Assembly (NCBI GenBank): GCA_965220965.1
Contig: OZ244852.1
Location: 928,001-992,000 of the forward strand
Direction: 5' to 3'
Source: Candidatus Marinacidobacterium sp.
Lineage (GTDB): Bacteria; Acidobacteriota; Vicinamibacteria; Marinacidobacterales; Marinacidobacteraceae
DNA length: 64,000 nt
The first letter of the stretch is position 1, and each line of letters begins with the position of its first letter. The translations under genes were made by a program, and so were the position numbers. Under the pieces are notes generated by a model that saw nothing but the letters and a program-made list of their open reading frames with translations, was not told the origin of the DNA and did not search any database. Positions 37,641 through 47,726 of this stretch are shown piece after piece.

Positions 37641-37862
37641 TCAGGGGCCCGGCGGCGGAGGCGGAGGCGAGGGAGCGCGGCGCCGGCTTTCCACGACCAT
37701 CTTGACTCCGATCGCGATGAGAAGCACGGGCCACAGGTCGACCAGATAACGGATCAGGACCCCGATCTCGAGAATGTTCAGGGTGGAAAGGAGGAACAGG
37801 ACGCCGATCAGGATCAGGATGATCCCGGGGATGCTGAGTTGCTTCTTCGTTTCCGTGGTCAT
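37641..37862 (-). CDS. DUF5668 / LiaF-TM-like small membrane protein
   Basis: GIILILIGVLFLL...LWPVLLIAIG; AGGA SD. Confidence 0.8.
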   Translation of the reverse strand: MTTETKKQLSIPGIILILIGVLFLLSTLNILEIGVLIRYLVDLWPVLLIAIGVKMVVESRRRAPSPPPPPPGP

Positions 37863-38464
37863 GAGTCCTGCTCCCCAGCCTCCGGGGTCCGGCGCGCCGG
37901 GGCGGTGGTCTTCGGCGGCGGCGGTTTCGAAGGGGGCGCCGGGGGAGTCGCGTCGGCTGCGGCGGGAGGAGGATCGGGAGGCGCGGCCGGCGATGCGTCG
38001 CCCTTCTCCGACTTGCCCGACGCCCGCCGGCCGAGGTTGCGAAGGCCGGAAAGGTCCGGCGCGATGGGCTCGCCGCGAAGCATCCGCCAGCCGGCCCAGA
38101 CCAGCAGGAGCGGCCACAGCCTCAGGATCCACGCCAGGTCCTCGAAGAGTGACAGGGTGGCGACCACCCCCGCGAGGATGAGGCCGGCGGCCCAGCGGTC
38201 ATCGAGCCCAACGGCCGGAGTCCGCCCGGCGGCTCGGGCCCGCACCATCTCCTCGGTCACGCGGACGGCGTCCACGATCCCGAACACCCAGAGGAGCGGC
38301 AGCGCCGGCGCCGCGAGTCCGCCGGCGTAGTTGGTCGCGGCCTGAATGAAGGCGAAGAAGGCGGCGGCGAGCGCGACGCCGCGGGAGCTCGCCCCCGCAT
38401 ACAGGTGGCCCAGTCCCGGGAGGACGACGGAGAGGACCCCGGCGATCACTGGAGAACGATTCAC
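37859..38464 (-). CDS. Membrane protein (TM2-like N-terminus, DUF5668-like C-terminus)
   Basis: SPVIAGVLSVVLPGLGHLYAG, LWPLLLVWAG; GTGA coupling. Confidence 0.75.
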   Translation of the reverse strand: MNRSPVIAGVLSVVLPGLGHLYAGASSRGVALAAAFFAFIQAATNYAGGLAAPALPLLWVFGIVDAVRVTEEMVRARAAGRTPAVGLDDRWAAGLILAGVVATLSLFEDLAWILRLWPLLLVWAGWRMLRGEPIAPDLSGLRNLGRRASGKSEKGDASPAAPPDPPPAAADATPPAPPSKPPPPKTTAPARRTPEAGEQDS

Positions 38465-39036
38465 GGCGCGACTCCTTCCGGCGCCGGATCGGCGCCCGTC
38501 GGCGCGGCGTCCCCGCCAGCCGGCCCTCGCGTGACTCTGTCGAAGTCGCGGAGCCGGTCGCCGAGCTGGTCCACGCGGTCCTCGAAGGCGACGCCCATGG
38601 AGGCCCGGAGCACATCGAAGTCCCGCCGGGCGCGGCCGGTGTGGCGCGCGGCGGCCTGTCGAAGTCCGGTGACCGCCTCGGAGGCCGTCGGCAGGCCCGC
38701 CGCGATGTCCCGAACCGGACCCGGCTGGACGATGCCGATGATCAGGACCGCGGCGGCCGCCGCCAGCCACGTTGGCCAATAGGACACGCCCCGCCGGTAG
38801 AGCTGATGGAACCGGGGGAGCGTGGCGGCCAGGACGCGCTCTTCCAGATCGGGCGGCGCCTCGGGGACGCCCGCCCGGTAATCCCGGAGCGCGCGATGGA
38901 CTCTCCGCAGTTCGCCGTAGCGGCGAGCCAGGGCGGGGTCGCGGGCGAGCTCCTTGCGGACGGCGGCCGCCTCCGCGCCCTCGAGTTCGCCCGCGGCGAG
39001 CGCGGAGACCCGTCCGGCGGTGAAGGGATCGATCAC
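38461..39036 (-). CDS. Putative anti-sigma factor
   Basis: Coupled to ECF sigma; SALAAGEL...VRKEL anti-sigma-like N-terminus and one TM helix. Confidence 0.7.
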   Translation of the reverse strand: MIDPFTAGRVSALAAGELEGAEAAAVRKELARDPALARRYGELRRVHRALRDYRAGVPEAPPDLEERVLAATLPRFHQLYRRGVSYWPTWLAAAAAVLIIGIVQPGPVRDIAAGLPTASEAVTGLRQAAARHTGRARRDFDVLRASMGVAFEDRVDQLGDRLRDFDRVTRGPAGGDAAPTGADPAPEGVAP

Positions 39037-39650
39037 GGGGACACCCCCCGGCGTTGACGCGGGGTCGCGCTCTGCGCCGGAACGCGGCCGGCGGCGGCCG
39101 CCCGGCGCGCGGTGGCGAGCAGGCCTCGCCCGCGGTGGATGCGGGACTTCACCGTGCCGAGCGGGATGCCGAGGCGCTCCGCGATCTCGGGATAGTCGAG
39201 ATCCATCAGGTCGCGAAGCATGACCGGCTCGCCGAGTTCGGGCGGAAGCTGATCGAGCAGCCGGCGCACCAGCGCCGCCTCCTCCCGTCGTTCCGCGATC
39301 GTCTCCGGGTTCCACGACGCCGGGGCCGGGAACTCGGGCGCATCCTCCTCCGCAACAAATCCGGGCGTGCGGGCGCGCCGGCGGTAGTGGTCGATGCCCG
39401 CGTTCGTGGCGACCCGCCGGATCCAGGCCCCGAGGGCGCCCGATGGGTCGTAGGACGGAAGCACGGTCAGCAGGCGCATGAAGATGTCCTGGGTGAGCTC
39501 ATCGGCGTCCTCTGGCGTCGCCGAGAACCGGTAGGCGATGCCCCAGATGGGCTTGCGGAACCGGGCCACGAACATGCGCCAGGCCTCGCTTCTTCCGGCG
39601 GCGCATTGGTCAACGAGTTCGGCATCGGAGAGTTCGGCCGGGGAGAGCAA
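39033..39650 (-). CDS. ECF RNA polymerase sigma factor (SigW/SigE-like)
   Basis: DADELTQDIF, WIRRVATNAGIDHYRR, YPEIAERLGIPLGTVKSRIHRGR. Confidence 0.93.
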   Translation of the reverse strand: MLSPAELSDAELVDQCAAGRSEAWRMFVARFRKPIWGIAYRFSATPEDADELTQDIFMRLLTVLPSYDPSGALGAWIRRVATNAGIDHYRRRARTPGFVAEEDAPEFPAPASWNPETIAERREEAALVRRLLDQLPPELGEPVMLRDLMDLDYPEIAERLGIPLGTVKSRIHRGRGLLATARRAAAAGRVPAQSATPRQRRGVSP

Positions 39651-39689
39651 GGGGGTCGCTGTCGGTTTCTCCCGACGGTCTCCTCCATG

Positions 39690-39718
39690 TTTACGGGATC
39701 CGGAGCATCCCGGTTCTC
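39690..39718 (-). promoter_or_regulatory. Putative ECF autoregulatory promoter
   Basis: Minus strand GAGAAC-N17-CGTAAA about 40 nt upstream of the ECF sigma start. Confidence 0.55.
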
Positions 39719-39932
39719 CGGGGAGGGCTGGAGCGGTCCGTTGATGAAGTCCCGTGCAGCGCCGAGAGCGGTGAGGCGCCCGGCCGACAAGGCGCGTGAG
39801 CGAGGAATATCGGGAATATTCCGAGCGAAACGGAACGATGAGCGCCCCGGAGGGGCGCGGTTCGGCCGGGATGAATCGCCGCTCGAGCCCCTACCGGGAG
39901 AACCGGGCCGCGTGACTTCGTCAACGGGCTGC

Positions 39933-40424
39933 TTACCTCTTCCGGGGTCGCTTCGCCGGGGTCGAGCCCGGGGCGCGCCGGTCGAGCAGAGAGCGGATCT
40001 CGGTGACGAAGTCGTTCGTGTCCTGGAAGTCGCGGTAGACCGAGGCGAAACGCACATAGGCCACGTGGTCCTCGCGTTTCAGGGCTTCCATCACCAGCTC
40101 GCCGATCGTTGCGGTGGCGAGCTCCCGCTCCGGGCTGTGACCGACCCGGCGCTCCACATCGTCGCCGATGGCCAGGATCCTCGCCTCCGCGATCCGCGCG
40201 CCGCAGGCCTGGCGAATGCCGCCAAGCACCTTGTCACGGTCGAACCCCTCGCGCGAGCCGTCCTTCTTGACCACCATGAGCGGCACTTCCTCGACCGTCT
40301 CGTAGCTGGTGAACCGGCGCGCGCAGCGGGTGCATTCCCTGCGCCGGCGGATCACCGCCCCCTCCCGGCTCTCCCGGGAGTCCACGACGCGGTCCTCTCC
40401 GTGTCCACACCAGGGGCATTTCAC
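39933..40424 (-). CDS. nrdR: Transcriptional repressor NrdR
   Basis: KCPWC, VVDSR, IRRRRECTRC, RFTSYE, ATP cone, VAYVRFASVY. Confidence 0.97.
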   Translation of the reverse strand: MKCPWCGHGEDRVVDSRESREGAVIRRRRECTRCARRFTSYETVEEVPLMVVKKDGSREGFDRDKVLGGIRQACGARIAEARILAIGDDVERRVGHSPERELATATIGELVMEALKREDHVAYVRFASVYRDFQDTNDFVTEIRSLLDRRAPGSTPAKRPRKR

Positions 40425-40442
40425 CGCTTCGGCTCCACGGGG

Positions 40443-41432
40443 TCAGCGTACACGGGCGACCGCCAGCGCCTCCTCGAGCGTCCGGGGCGGGCCGGCCAGT
40501 TTCAGATCGGCCTCGATTCCGGGCCAGGTTGCGTCCCGGGGCGGCAGTCCGACGATCTCGGCCCCCAGGACCGGTATTCCCCACCGGTTCGCCCACCCGG
40601 CGACCCGGTCGAAGGCGTCCCGAAGCGATGTCGCGCGGTAGTCGAGCAGGTTCATCGAGACCTGGGCCGCCCCGTCCGGCCAGGCGGAGTCGCGAAGCTC
40701 GACGCCGATGGCCCGAAGCGTGGGCCGCGGCGCGTTCCGCGGATCCCGGACCCGCGCCGCGATCCGACGCGCCGCCCGAAGGTCTGTCGCCAGGTTCACG
40801 TTGAAGGCGATCAGGAAGTCCCGGGCGCCGATCACCAGCGCCCCGGCGGCGGGGTGAAGGCGCGCCGGTCCGAAGTCGGGCCGCAGCTCCCCCCGCGCGA
40901 GCCGGGCGCCGAGCCCTTCGAGCCCGCCGCGCCGGATTTCCGGCAGCGTGCGTCCCGAGGGCGAGGCGTGGCCATAGAGGAACACCGGCAGCTCGCCAGC
41001 GTCGGCGAGCTCCGGACCCAGTTCCCGCGCCAGCGCGACGGCGCTCGCCATGCCGGTTCCTTCGAGAGGGATGAAGGGAAGCACGTCGAGCGCGCCGACA
41101 CGCGGATGCGCGCCGGCGTGCCGCCGGAGGTCGATCCGCTCCAGCGCCGTCCGCAGCAGGCGGCGCGAGGCGGCGCGGAGCTCCTCGGCCCCGCCGGCCA
41201 GCGTCAGGACGGTCCGGTGGTGCGATGCGTCCTGGTGGAGATCCAGAAGCAGGTCTCCCGCGCTGCCGGCCAGCGCCTGGATGGCGTCCCGCGAGCGTCC
41301 CTCGCTGAAGTTGGGCACGGCCTCGAGGAGCGGGGACGTCGCCTCGCCGCCGACCGGCCTCACGACGGACCCGCCGCGATCGGGCGCGGGTGAGGCCTCG
41401 CCTCGCGGGGGTCCGGTGGCGTCGTCGCGCAT
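40443..41432 (-). CDS. ftcD: Glutamate formimidoyltransferase
   Basis: EAVPNFSEGR, HHRTV, HPRVGALDVLPFIP, GARDFLIAFNVNL, QVSMNL; start uncertain. Confidence 0.9.
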   Translation of the reverse strand: MRDDATGPPRGEASPAPDRGGSVVRPVGGEATSPLLEAVPNFSEGRSRDAIQALAGSAGDLLLDLHQDASHHRTVLTLAGGAEELRAASRRLLRTALERIDLRRHAGAHPRVGALDVLPFIPLEGTGMASAVALARELGPELADAGELPVFLYGHASPSGRTLPEIRRGGLEGLGARLARGELRPDFGPARLHPAAGALVIGARDFLIAFNVNLATDLRAARRIAARVRDPRNAPRPTLRAIGVELRDSAWPDGAAQVSMNLLDYRATSLRDAFDRVAGWANRWGIPVLGAEIVGLPPRDATWPGIEADLKLAGPPRTLEEALAVARVR

Positions 41433-41590
41433 ACGACCTGGTCCCTCGGGGGGCCGGAGCCTGGGGTCGTTCGGTGGCCTCGGCGCCGGTCTTCCGTCGG
41501 TATAGTGACGCCGCCCGGGCTCTGGTCCTCCCTGCGCGCGGTCCGCTCATCCAGGCGTGGACCCGATTCCTCTGGCCGGCCGGGCCACCT

Positions 41591-42577
41591 TTGAGCGGAA
41601 GCGAGTCGGATACCACCGGGCCCCCGGCCGGCGCTGAAGAGCCCGCCGATGCGCCCCCGAACCCGGCGGAAGAATCTTCCGGCGGCGCGCACGGGCCCTC
41701 GGATCCCGAGGGCGACGAGGATGTCCGCGAACGCGTCGAACGCGCGCTCGACCGGGGGCGGCCGCGCCCGGCTTCTTCCGCGGCCTCCGGGGAGCGCGCG
41801 GAGGCGCCCGAGCCGGCTTCCCCACCGCCGGGACACTGGAGCGAGACGCTCCGGCAGAGAATCGGGGAGTCGGTGGAACCTGGCTCTTCCGGCGCCGGGA
41901 GGCCGGGCGCCGGTAGGGAGCCCGGGGAAGATCGGGCGGAGGTGCGCCACCGGGTGACCCGGCGTCTCGACCAGGGCGAAGCGCGACGGCAGGCGATGCG
42001 CGAGCGGACGGCGCGCCCGGTCCGGACCGATGCGCCGGCTTCCCCGACCTCGCCGTCCGGATCGGTGGAAGGGCGAGCCAGGGATCCGGGCCCGACGGCC
42101 GCCGCGTCCCTCTCCGCTCCCGGGTCGAGCCGGTCCCGATCGCGCCTCGCCGAGATCCTCGCCACCTGTCTCTTCATCGGCAGGATCCCGCTGGCCCCCG
42201 GGACCTTCGGCGCGGCGCTCGGGCTGGCGGCGTTCTGGGGAACCCGGAGCCTGAGCGTTCCGATCCAGGCCGGGCTGCTGATCGCGGCCACCCTCGCGGG
42301 CGTCTGGGCCGCCCACCGGCACGCCGCCGACCTGAAGACGAAAGACCCACAGTCCATCGTGGTGGACGAGTTCGTCGGGATGTGGCTCGCGCTGGTCGCG
42401 CTGGACAACCCGTCCGGCGCCACCCTGGCGGCGGCGTTCGTCGGCTTCCGCGCGCTCGACATCGTGAAGCCGCCGCCGGTGAGCTGGGCGGAACGGCTTC
42501 CGGGGGGACTCGGGATCATGGCGGATGATCTGGTCGCGGGCGCGCTCGTCCGGGCGGCTTTCGTCCTGTTCCTCTGA
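41591..42577 (+). CDS. pgpA: Phosphatidylglycerophosphatase A with long N-terminal extension
   Basis: GRIPLAPGTFG, KDPQSIVVDEFVG, FRALDIVKPPP, GIMADDLVAG; TTG start inferred. Confidence 0.85.
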   Translation: MSGSESDTTGPPAGAEEPADAPPNPAEESSGGAHGPSDPEGDEDVRERVERALDRGRPRPASSAASGERAEAPEPASPPPGHWSETLRQRIGESVEPGSSGAGRPGAGREPGEDRAEVRHRVTRRLDQGEARRQAMRERTARPVRTDAPASPTSPSGSVEGRARDPGPTAAASLSAPGSSRSRSRLAEILATCLFIGRIPLAPGTFGAALGLAAFWGTRSLSVPIQAGLLIAATLAGVWAAHRHAADLKTKDPQSIVVDEFVGMWLALVALDNPSGATLAAAFVGFRALDIVKPPPVSWAERLPGGLGIMADDLVAGALVRAAFVLFL

Positions 42578-42581
42578 CGCC

Positions 42582-43943
42582 ATGGTCGAGCCGGTTTCCG
42601 GCGGCTCGCAGGGCGGAGGCCCCGACTCGCCGCCCCTGACCGCCGCAGCGATCGTGGCGGTGGGAACCGAGCTGCTGGGGCCGGACCGCGTGGACCGGAA
42701 CACCCCGGCGCTCAAGCGGGCCCTCGCCGAGGTCGGCATTCCGGTGGTGTTCACCGCGGTCGTGGGCGACGACGAGGCGGCCCTGACGGACACGCTGCGG
42801 CTCGCCATGGAGCGCGCGCCCCTCGTCTTCGCCACCGGAGGCCTGGGTCCCACCACCGATGACCGGACGCGGTTCGCCGCCGCCCGGGTCCTGGGAGTCC
42901 GGCTCTCGGAGCATGCGCCGTCTCTCGCGGCGATCCGGTCCCGGTTCCGGGGGCGCGCGGTTCCCATGCCGGAAATCAACCGGCGACAGGCGCTGATCCC
43001 TGATGGGGCGACCGCGCTTCCCAACCCGGCGGGGACGGCGCCCGGAGTGCTCGCCCGCGGCCGCGGATCGACGCTCGTCCTGCTGCCCGGGCCGCCGAAG
43101 GAGCTGAAGGCGGTCTTCGAGGCGGAGGTTCGGCCGAGGCTGCCCGGCCCCGGGAAGGGCGCGGCCCCCCGGATCACCGAGACCCTCCTGGTGGCCGGGC
43201 TCCCGGAGTCGCAGCTCCAGGAGCGGATTCTCGACCTGACGCCTCAACCCGAAGCGCCCGAAGAGCTCGCGATCCTGGCGCACGGAGGCGAGATCGAAAT
43301 CCGGGTGAGCGGGCCCGCCGCTGACGCGGAGCGTGTGCGACAGGCCGCCGCCCGGATCGGCCGGCGTCTGGGCCCGGCGGTCTTCAGCCGCGCTCCCGCG
43401 GAGCACCTGGAGCACGCGGTGGGGCGGCTCCTGCTGGCGCGGGGCGAGCGGGTCGCGGTGGCGGAGTCGCTGACCGGCGGGCGAATCGCGGAGCGGATCA
43501 CCGCGGTCCCCGGGGCCTCGCAATGGTTCGACCTCGCGGTGACCGCTTACGCGAACGAGGCCAAGGAGGCCCTGCTGGACGTGTCGGGCGCGACGCTCGC
43601 CAGCGTCGGAGCGGTCAGCCGCGAGACCGCCCTCGCGATGGCGGAAGGGGTCCGTCGAAGGGCCGGGAACAACCTCGGCCGCCCCGCGGAGAAGATCTGG
43701 GGGCTCGCGGTGACCGGGATCGCCGGCCCGGGTGGCGGGACTCCGCAGAAGCCGGTCGGCCTCGTCTGGATCGCGGTGTCCGGACCGGAAACCCGCGCCC
43801 ACTGCTTCCGGTTCCCGGGAGACCGCGAGGCGATCCGCCAGCTCACCTCGGCGGCGGCGCTCGACCTCCTTCGCCGCACCATCCTTGCGATTCAGGGGAA
43901 CGGGGAAGTCGGACTGCCGGGCTTCGCCTCGAGAGAGCGATGA
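42582..43943 (+). CDS. cinA: CinA family protein (molybdopterin-binding-like domain plus NMN deamidase PncC)
   Basis: AVGTELL, TGGLGPTTDD, GTAPG, LPGPPKE, AESLTGG, GAVS, TGIAGPGGG. Confidence 0.93.
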   Translation: MVEPVSGGSQGGGPDSPPLTAAAIVAVGTELLGPDRVDRNTPALKRALAEVGIPVVFTAVVGDDEAALTDTLRLAMERAPLVFATGGLGPTTDDRTRFAAARVLGVRLSEHAPSLAAIRSRFRGRAVPMPEINRRQALIPDGATALPNPAGTAPGVLARGRGSTLVLLPGPPKELKAVFEAEVRPRLPGPGKGAAPRITETLLVAGLPESQLQERILDLTPQPEAPEELAILAHGGEIEIRVSGPAADAERVRQAAARIGRRLGPAVFSRAPAEHLEHAVGRLLLARGERVAVAESLTGGRIAERITAVPGASQWFDLAVTAYANEAKEALLDVSGATLASVGAVSRETALAMAEGVRRRAGNNLGRPAEKIWGLAVTGIAGPGGGTPQKPVGLVWIAVSGPETRAHCFRFPGDREAIRQLTSAAALDLLRRTILAIQGNGEVGLPGFASRER

Positions 43944-44533
43944 GCGCGGCGCGGCTGTTCGTTGCGCTGCCGCTCCCACCGGACACTCGTCGGGACCTGG
44001 CGCGGGCCGCTGCGGAACTCGCCGTCGGTCTGCCCGCCAGACAGGCGCGGGTCGTCCCGGAAGAGAACCTGCACGTCACGCTGCGTTTCTTCGGGGACGC
44101 CGCACCTGCGGAAGTCCTGGCCGAGGCGCTTCGGGAGGCGCTTCCGGCGTTCCCGGCGCCCCTTCGCCTCAGGCCGGCCGGTTTCGGGGCGTTTCCCTCG
44201 CTCCGGCGCGCCCGCGTGCTCTACGCGGCGCTCCCGGGGGAGGATCCGGGAGCCATCGACGCCCTTCAAGGAGCCGCGGAGCGGGTGGCGCGGATGGTCG
44301 GCCTCCCGGATGAATCCCGGCCCTTCGTTCCGCATGGAACGCTCCTGCGTCTCCGTCGCCCAGCCTGCCTCTCGCCGGCGCTGCTCGCCGCCGCGGAGGC
44401 GCACGCGCCCACGGCGTCATTCACCGTGGACGAGGCCCACCTCATCGCGAGCGCGCTGAGACCGTCCGGTCCCGAGTACCGCGTGGTCAGCCGGTTTCCG
44501 CTCAGTCCCCGTCCGTCGCGGCCTCCGGAGTGA
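43940..44533 (+). CDS. thpR: RNA 2',3'-cyclic phosphodiesterase
   Basis: RLFVAL, NLHVTLRF, FVPHGTL (two HxT motifs); follows cinA. Confidence 0.9.
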   Translation: MSAARLFVALPLPPDTRRDLARAAAELAVGLPARQARVVPEENLHVTLRFFGDAAPAEVLAEALREALPAFPAPLRLRPAGFGAFPSLRRARVLYAALPGEDPGAIDALQGAAERVARMVGLPDESRPFVPHGTLLRLRRPACLSPALLAAAEAHAPTASFTVDEAHLIASALRPSGPEYRVVSRFPLSPRPSRPPE

Positions 44534-45134
44534 CGCTGGCCTGGAGCACGTACTTGGCGAGGATGTCGTATTCGAGATTCACCCGGTCCCCGGCGCGGAG
44601 GGCGCCCAGGGTCGTGTGCTCCCGGGTGTGCGGAATCAGCATGACCTCGAAGCGCCGGGCGGCGGGATGCGAGGCGGCGACGGTCAGGCTGACCCCATCG
44701 AGGGCGATGGATCCCTTCTCCACGACCCAGCGCGGCTCGGGGTGGACCACCAGCACCCGGTAATCCGCGTCCGTTCCGCCAGCGGCCGCGACCTCTCCGA
44801 CGCCGTCCACATGGCCCTGAACGAAGTGGCCGCCCAGGCGGTCCCCCACGCGGAGCGCCAGCTCGAGATTGACCGGGGATCCGGCGCGGAGGTCGCCAAG
44901 CGTCGTGCGGGCGAGAGTTTCGGCGGCGACCTCGAAGCTTGCCCCACGCTGGTCGGGCGTCTTCGAGACCACGGTCAGACAGACGCCGGAGATCGCCACG
45001 CTGTCGCCCTCCGCGGTCCCGGCGAGAAGAGCGTCCCCGGCGTCCGCGCCGCGCACCGTGATGCGGCGCGAGCCCTCGGCGAGATCCGACACCTCGGTGA
45101 TGTCCCCGAGGGCGGCCACCAGCCCGGTGAACAT
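44502..45134 (-). CDS. ribE: Riboflavin synthase
   Basis: MFTGL, GDSVAISGVCLTV, GGHFVQGHVDG, KGSIALDGVSLTV, VNLEYD. Confidence 0.95.
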   Translation of the reverse strand: MFTGLVAALGDITEVSDLAEGSRRITVRGADAGDALLAGTAEGDSVAISGVCLTVVSKTPDQRGASFEVAAETLARTTLGDLRAGSPVNLELALRVGDRLGGHFVQGHVDGVGEVAAAGGTDADYRVLVVHPEPRWVVEKGSIALDGVSLTVAASHPAARRFEVMLIPHTREHTTLGALRAGDRVNLEYDILAKYVLQASVTPEAATDGD

Positions 45135-45198
45135 GCCGGAAAGACTGACCCCGAAGCCTTCCGGACGCAACCCCGGGATTGCCCGTAGGATGCCCCGG

Positions 45199-46308
45199 GT
45201 GGATGAGAGATTCCTGCGCCGCGCGCTCGAGCTCGCCGCGCTCGGCCGCTACACCGCTCCCCCGAATCCCGCGGTGGGCGCCGTTCTGGTCCGTGAGGGC
45301 CGGGTGCTGGCCGAGGGGTTCCATGCCCGGACCGGGGGTCCGCACGCCGAGGCGCAGGTGCTCCGCGTCGCCGCGCCGGCGCGGGGGGCCACGCTCTATG
45401 TGAATCTCGAACCCTGCTGCCACGTCGGAAGGACGCCGCCCTGCGTCGAGCGCATCATCGCCTCCGGCGTTCAGCGGGTTGTCGCGGCGCACCCCGACCC
45501 TGACCCCCGCGTCCACGGCGGCGGGTTTCGCAGGTTGCGGGCCGCCGGGATCGAAGTTCGCACTGGGGTCCTGCGGGCCGAGGCCGAGGCGCTGAATTCC
45601 GCGTTCTTCCGGTACCTGCGGACGGGGCTGCCCTGGGTCACGGTGAAGGCGGCGATCTCCGCGGACGGGGTCATGGCCCCGCCGGGCGCGAAGTGGATCA
45701 CCCGCCCGGCGGCCCGGCGGCACGGGCGGGTGCTGCGGCGGGAGAACGACGCCCTGCTGACGGGAATCGCGACCGTGGCCGCCGACGACCCCCGGATGAC
45801 GGCTCGCCCGCGTCGCGGCGCCCGCTCGCTGCTGCGGGTGGTGCTCGACCCGAGGCTTCGGATTCCGCCGGACGCGCGAATCCTCGAGAACCGGGAGCGT
45901 GACCCGGTGCTGCTGGTGGCGGCCCCCGGAGCGCCGGGTTCGGCCCGCCGGCGCCTCGAGCGGCTCGGGGTCGAAGTCTTCGAGGCGGGACTGGCGGGTG
46001 GGGGCGCGGCCGGCCGGCGCGCGGCGGTCGCGCTCCCGCAGGTCCTCGCCGAACTGGGGCGCCGGGGAGTCCGGACCCTGCTGGTGGAGGCGGGTCCGCG
46101 GGTCACCTCGGCGTTCCTGAAGGAAGGGCTCGCCGATCGGCTCGTGCTCTACATCGCTTCGCGCTTTCTCGGCCGGGGCGAAGGCGCCGGACTCTTCGAC
46201 GCGGCGCGCGGCGGGCCGGCTTCCGCGCCGGCCCCGGGCGCCGCCCGCTACGCGTGCGTGGGCCAGGACCTGCTGGCGGAACTGCGGCTGGACAACGGGG
46301 TCAACTGA
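45199..46308 (+). CDS. ribD: Bifunctional riboflavin deaminase/reductase
   Basis: PNPAVGAV, HAE, LEPCCHVGRTPPC, DPDP, LLVEAG; start is GTG 45199 or ATG 45190. Confidence 0.95.
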   Translation: MDERFLRRALELAALGRYTAPPNPAVGAVLVREGRVLAEGFHARTGGPHAEAQVLRVAAPARGATLYVNLEPCCHVGRTPPCVERIIASGVQRVVAAHPDPDPRVHGGGFRRLRAAGIEVRTGVLRAEAEALNSAFFRYLRTGLPWVTVKAAISADGVMAPPGAKWITRPAARRHGRVLRRENDALLTGIATVAADDPRMTARPRRGARSLLRVVLDPRLRIPPDARILENRERDPVLLVAAPGAPGSARRRLERLGVEVFEAGLAGGGAAGRRAAVALPQVLAELGRRGVRTLLVEAGPRVTSAFLKEGLADRLVLYIASRFLGRGEGAGLFDAARGGPASAPAPGAARYACVGQDLLAELRLDNGVN

Positions 46309-46386
46309 GATTGGCGGGCTAAAATCAATCGTTTACGGAAGAGATTCACCCCGGGGGTGGGAGCCCCCGCATAAGGGAGCCGTCAG

Positions 46387-47640
46387 TTGCCGAAGTCCCT
46401 TGAGCCGACGGAGCCGGAAGCGCGCGGCGCCGCCGAGCCGCCCTTTCTGACCGTCGAGCAGGCCGCAGCGGAGATCGCCGCCGGCCGGATCGTCATCGTT
46501 GTAGACGACGAGGATCGCGAGAACGAGGGCGACCTCACGATCGCCGCCGAGAAGGTCACTCCGGAGGCCATCAACTTCATGGCGGTCCATGGCCGCGGCC
46601 TGGTCTGTATGCCGATGACCGGCGAGCGTCTGGACGAGCTCGAAATCCCGCTCATGGTCGAGGACAACACCTCGACCCTCGAGACCGCCTTCTGCGTCTC
46701 CGTCGAGGCGCGTGACGGCGTCACGACCGGAATCTCCGCCGCCGACCGCGCCCGGACCATCCTGGTGGCGATCCAGGAAGAGACCCGCCCCCAGGATCTG
46801 GTGCGGCCGGGGCACGTGTTCCCGCTCCGGGCCCGACCCGGCGGGGTCCTGCAGCGGGCCGGCCAGACGGAGGCCGGCGTGGACCTCGCCCGGATCGCGG
46901 GCCTCTACCCGGCGGCCGTGATCTGCGAGGTCATGAACGAGGACGGGAACATGGCCCGCCTTCCCGACCTGATCCGTTTCGCGGAGAAACACGGGCTCGG
47001 AATCGTGAGCGTGGCCGACCTGATCCGCTATCGGCTCACCAACGAATCCCTCGTGCGGCGGCTGGCCGAGACCGTCCTCCCGACCGAGTTCGGGGAGTTC
47101 CGTACCTACGCCTACGAGAACACTCTCGACGGAACGAAGCACCTCGTGCTCCAGATGGGGGAGGCCCACCCGGACGGGCCGGTCCTGGTGCGGGTCCACA
47201 GCCAGTGCCTGACCGGAGAGGTCTTCGGCTCGATGCGGTGCGACTGCGGGCCGCAGCTGCGCGCCGCGCTGGCCGCGATCGGCGAAGCCGGACACGGAAT
47301 CCTGCTCTACCTGAACCAGGAGGGACGGGGCATCGGCCTCGTCAACAAGCTGCGGGCCTATGCGGCGCAGGACACCGGAATGGACACGGTGGACGCGAAC
47401 ACCCACCTCGGGTTTCGGGCGGACCAGCGGGAGTACGGCGTCGGAGCGCAGATCCTTCGTCACCTCGGGGTCGGGCGGATCCGGTTGCTCACCAACAACC
47501 CCCGCAAGTTCATCGCCCTCGAGGCGCACGGCCTCAGGATCGAGGAGCGCGTGTCGATCGAGGTCCCCGCCAACGAACATTCGCGCGACTACCTGCTCAC
47601 CAAGAAGCGCCGGATGGGGCATCTCCTGACGGAGGTGTGA
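46387..47640 (+). CDS. ribBA: Bifunctional DHBP synthase / GTP cyclohydrolase II
   Basis: [43 protein letters not shown]. Confidence 0.97.
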   Translation: MPKSLEPTEPEARGAAEPPFLTVEQAAAEIAAGRIVIVVDDEDRENEGDLTIAAEKVTPEAINFMAVHGRGLVCMPMTGERLDELEIPLMVEDNTSTLETAFCVSVEARDGVTTGISAADRARTILVAIQEETRPQDLVRPGHVFPLRARPGGVLQRAGQTEAGVDLARIAGLYPAAVICEVMNEDGNMARLPDLIRFAEKHGLGIVSVADLIRYRLTNESLVRRLAETVLPTEFGEFRTYAYENTLDGTKHLVLQMGEAHPDGPVLVRVHSQCLTGEVFGSMRCDCGPQLRAALAAIGEAGHGILLYLNQEGRGIGLVNKLRAYAAQDTGMDTVDANTHLGFRADQREYGVGAQILRHLGVGRIRLLTNNPRKFIALEAHGLRIEERVSIEVPANEHSRDYLLTKKRRMGHLLTEV

Positions 47641-47726
47641 CCTCTGTCCGGAGGGCCGTTCCGGACACCGGAACCGGCCTTTCGCTGATTTAGAATCCTG
47701 CGTTCCCGGGGGCGCCGGGGGACTCA

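Noticed and set aside
46309-46386. FMN riboswitch upstream of ribBA
   Set aside because: Too short and lacks the conserved FMN aptamer motifs
47645-47667. Intrinsic terminator after ribBA
   Set aside because: An 8-bp hairpin exists but has no U-tract, and such stems are common by chance at this GC content
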